Positions 59,581 to 64,000 of a stretch of 64,000 nucleotides of DNA are shown piece after piece. This DNA comes from Eledone cirrhosa (taxonomy: Eukaryota), in assembly GCA_964016885.1 (NCBI GenBank), contig OZ024741.1:49352001-49416000 (forward strand), read 5' to 3'. The translations under genes and the position numbers were made by a program. Every line of letters starts with the position of its first letter. The first letter of the stretch is position 1. The notes under the pieces were generated by a model, which had not been told where the DNA came from, searched no databases, and saw only the letters and a program-made list of their open reading frames with translations.

Positions 59581-60519
59581 AGAATAAACGTGCTGCGGAG
59601 TTGCAAATGGGTTACATATGAATAAAGTGGTCCTTCATCAGTGATCTTCCAACCATCATCGGTATTACTTCGCTTTAAAGACCATATACCTCCGGTTGGT
59701 GCGAGCAACGGCTAAAGAAAGTCGTTGGGACATGTAAATAAAGGGAACAGCGAGAGTGTAAACAAACAAAGATGGTGAAGCAACGAAAAGTGAGAAAGAA
59801 CGAGTCAAGTTCAAAATTTCCATGAATATAAGTTTCGTGAAATCGTGAACGAGAGAGAATAAAGACCATCAAACCTGGTTGAAATGTGAGCAAGGAAGTA
59901 ATTTCGCACAGGTCTAATGGGAGGAAGAAGGGGTCTAGTCTGTGAATTCGGTAAACATAAGTTCTGTGAAATCGTAGACGAGAGAGAGAAAAAAATGCCG
60001 ACCGGCCTGGCCAAGCGTGCGAAAGAAAAGAATTACGTACAAGTCAAACGGGAAGAAGGAGGAGGAGGAGAGGTAGTAACAGAGAGTGAGTGAGTGAAGG
60101 GTGAGGAAGAGGCTAACAGAGAGAGTGACTGTTAGAGAGGGTAAAGATACAGAGAAAGAGGAAGCAGTAAGAACGAAATAGACGGGTCACAGCCGGGGAA
60201 AAAAATATGTGTAAATATGAGAATGAACGTGCTGCGGAGTTGCAAATGGGTTACATATGAATAAAGTGGTCCTTCATCAGTGATCTTCCAACCAACATCG
60301 GTATTTCTTTGCTTTAAAGACCATATACATCCGGTTGGTGCGAGCAACGGCTAAAGAAAGTCGTTGGGACATGTAAATGAAGGGAACAGTGAGAGTGTAA
60401 ACAAACAAAGATGGTGAAGCAACGAAAAGTGAGGAAGAACGAGTCAAGTCCCAAATTTCCATGAATATAAGTTCGGTGAAATCGTGAACAAGAGAGAATA
60501 AAGACCATCAAACCTGGTT
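59581..60519 (-). mobile_element. Non-coding 639-bp unit with ~300-bp terminal redundancy (relative of 54497-55196)
   Basis: 59581-59880 resembles 60220-60519 with several substitutions; homologous along the whole unit to the 629-bp unit; TA-flanked. Confidence 0.88.
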
Positions 60520-60555
60520 ATGTATATATATATATATGTATATATGTATATATGC

Positions 60556-60711
<156 letters not shown>

Positions 60712-60966
60712 GCATATATATATGTATATATATATATATGCATATATATATATTATATATATGTATATATATGTATATATAAATATATATATGTATATAT
60801 ATGTATATATATATATTATATATGTATATATATGTATATATATATATTATATATGTATATATATGTATATATATATTATATATATGTATATATATGTATA
60901 TATATATATTATATATATATCATATATATATATGTATATATATATATGTATATATATATATATGTA

Positions 60967-61009
<43 letters not shown>

Positions 61010-61046
61010 GTATATATATATATGTATATATATGTATATATATATG

Positions 61047-61246
<200 letters not shown>

Positions 61247-61514
61247 TGTATAACTGTTTGGTTGGTTTTCGCTTCTCGCTGTCTTTTATATCTGCGATCT
61301 AACTTACTCGGTCCTCAATGTTGCCATTGACTGACCGACGGTCAAAAATAATACAGATACAATATAGACACAAACACATATATATAGTTTACATAATTTA
61401 CATAAATCTTTCGTTGCACATCTTCAACATCGTCAGTGGTGTTATATTCTGTGTTTCTCCTGTTGTGTTTCGACACACGATTTCATATAAAAAACCTCGC
61501 TAAACTAATATATT

Positions 61515-61633
<119 letters not shown>

Positions 61634-62162
61634 TATGAAGAGAGACTTATCAAGTCGGCAGACCTCGGAAAGGCTCTATATCTTTATGATGTACTGTTTT
61701 TGTTTATGCCACGAAACTACGTAGTCGAGGAATCTAGGAGCAGTTTAGGTATGATACATTTTATTACTAATTATATCTAAATGTTCCTTCTCTCTTCATT
61801 ATGTATTTTTAACTCTGATACTGGTTCAGTCTGGTTCAACCGGATTGGTCTGTCCCAGTCATTCATTGAGCAACATCGGTAAGGTTGGCACTATTAACTC
61901 ACGGTTGGATGAGGATGCATTCATGTTATGTGTGTGTCCGCATGTATCTGTGTGTTCCTAAATATATTATATATATATATATATGTATATATATGTATAT
62001 ATACATATACATATACATATATATATATATACATATATGTATATATACATATACATATACATATATATATATACATATATATATACATATATATATATAT
62101 ATACATATATATATATGACATATATATACATATATAATATATATATATATACATATATATAC

Positions 62163-62204
<42 letters not shown>

Positions 62205-62308
62205 TATACATATATAATATATATATATACATATATATATATATACATATATATAATATATACATATATACATATATATAATATATATATATATATACAT
62301 ATATACAC

Positions 62309-62477
<169 letters not shown>

Positions 62478-62563
62478 TAGATAGATAAATAACACGGGTG
62501 TGTATGATTGTGTATAGAAGATTATATGTTGAAAATTGCAAACTTGACTGTCACCACACATTA

Positions 62564-62602
62564 TGAACCTGAAGATTGCGAAAGCATGAAAGTACTTGTT
62601 CA
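62564..62602 (+). ncRNA. Minimal type I hammerhead ribozyme
   Basis: TGAAC-CTGAAGA-T-TGC-GAAA-GCA-T-GAAA-G-TA-C-TT-GTTCA; U.U at 10.1/11.1, CUU site. Confidence 0.8.
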
Positions 62603-62806
62603 ATTAACACTTAACATTTAATATTCTATCATACTATTTCATTCTAATACCATTATAAATTTTAAAGGATTGTAAATAAAACGAGTAAATCAGACAAAGT
62701 TGGAATTCCTCTTATTAATATATATATATATATATATCAGAAAGTGAGGTTTTTTTTACAAAATGAAAAATAACCGAGGTGTCCTACACGAGTGAAAGTA
62801 TAAAGA

Positions 62807-62892
62807 AAAAGAGATGAAATCGAAAATGCAACTGGAGTCTTATTTTTAAAAAAAATAAGACTCCAGTTGCATTTTCGATTTCATCTCTTTTT
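62807..62892. repeat. Perfect ~40-bp inverted repeat next to (TA)n
   Basis: aaaagagatgaaatcgaaaatgcaactggagtcttatttt followed by its exact reverse complement. Confidence 0.9.
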
Positions 62893-63380
62893 ATATATAT
62901 ATATAACATATATATAATATATATGTATATATATGTCAGGTCGCTCTCGAGTGCTACTGGTAAGATGTAACCCAATACAACCTATCTCATGGTCGGGTCG
63001 ACGGTGACTAAATCGGCAACCTCACCAAGCTAGCTTGGTGAGGGGGGGGGGGGTGATATTTGGACACCTTACGAGATGAAATACAAGAGCCAGCATAGGG
63101 CGGAGGAACTCGGCAAAGTGAACGTCCATCCAAATAGTTTATTTTGTGTACATACGGAGAGGTCAAACTCCGGGGCATAAACAGCTGAGGGCTGTCGTTG
63201 TATTTTCCGTGGCAAACATTGTCACCGAAGATATGTGTCGTCAGTTCCAAAAAGTGAGGTTGGTTCTACACAAGCCTTCACCACTTAAGACAAAACTTTG
63301 TGTGGGTAGTTCAACATCAGTTCACTTTCTCACATTTAACCTTTGTTGGACACTCAAACGTCGGATATCGACGGGAGAGT

Positions 63381-63441
<61 letters not shown>

Positions 63442-63671
63442 GTATATATATTTATACATACATGTGTATATATACATGTATATATATATATATACATATA
63501 TGTGTATATACATATGTATATAATATATGTATGTATATTTATATATATATATACATATATACATACATACATATATTATATACATATATATATACACACA
63601 TATTATATATATATTATATATATATACATATTATATATATATATATATATATATATACATACATATATTAT

Positions 63672-63737
<66 letters not shown>

Positions 63738-63829
63738 TATATATATATTATATATATATATACATATTATATATATATATATATATACATACATATATTA
63801 TGTACATAGATATATATATATATACACAC

Positions 63830-63995
<166 letters not shown>

Positions 63996-64000
63996 CATAT

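Overview
Eukaryotic, AT-rich, repeat-dominated DNA with no convincing host gene. The SINE types and the very large (TA)n/(CA)n/(GA)n load suggest an invertebrate, most likely a cephalopod (Octopus-like); this is inference. Nearly all long YI/HT/CV/RE ORFs in the track are microsatellite artefacts. Real content: a full-length but disabled Tx1/L1-clade LINE with an 18-bp TSD (19106-24928) and an older relative (1-1600) interrupted by a mariner-type deletion derivative; several Penelope-like element (PLE) fragments (Naiad-like RT/GIY-YIG and Neptune-like GIY-YIG); many tRNA-derived SINEs, MITEs and Helentron-like repeats; and a bipartite non-autonomous RTE family with a twister-like 5' fold. The most striking pattern is a set of non-coding 470-660 bp units inserted into (TA)n with terminal redundancy (more than one unit length), often with an inverted arm. 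About a dozen minimal type I hammerhead ribozyme (HHR) motifs occur in the window, from canonical to degenerate, including an opposite-strand pair at 56175-56468. Together these look like a retrozyme/mini-PLE system mobilised by Naiad-type PLEs. All structures were folded by eye and none has been tested.
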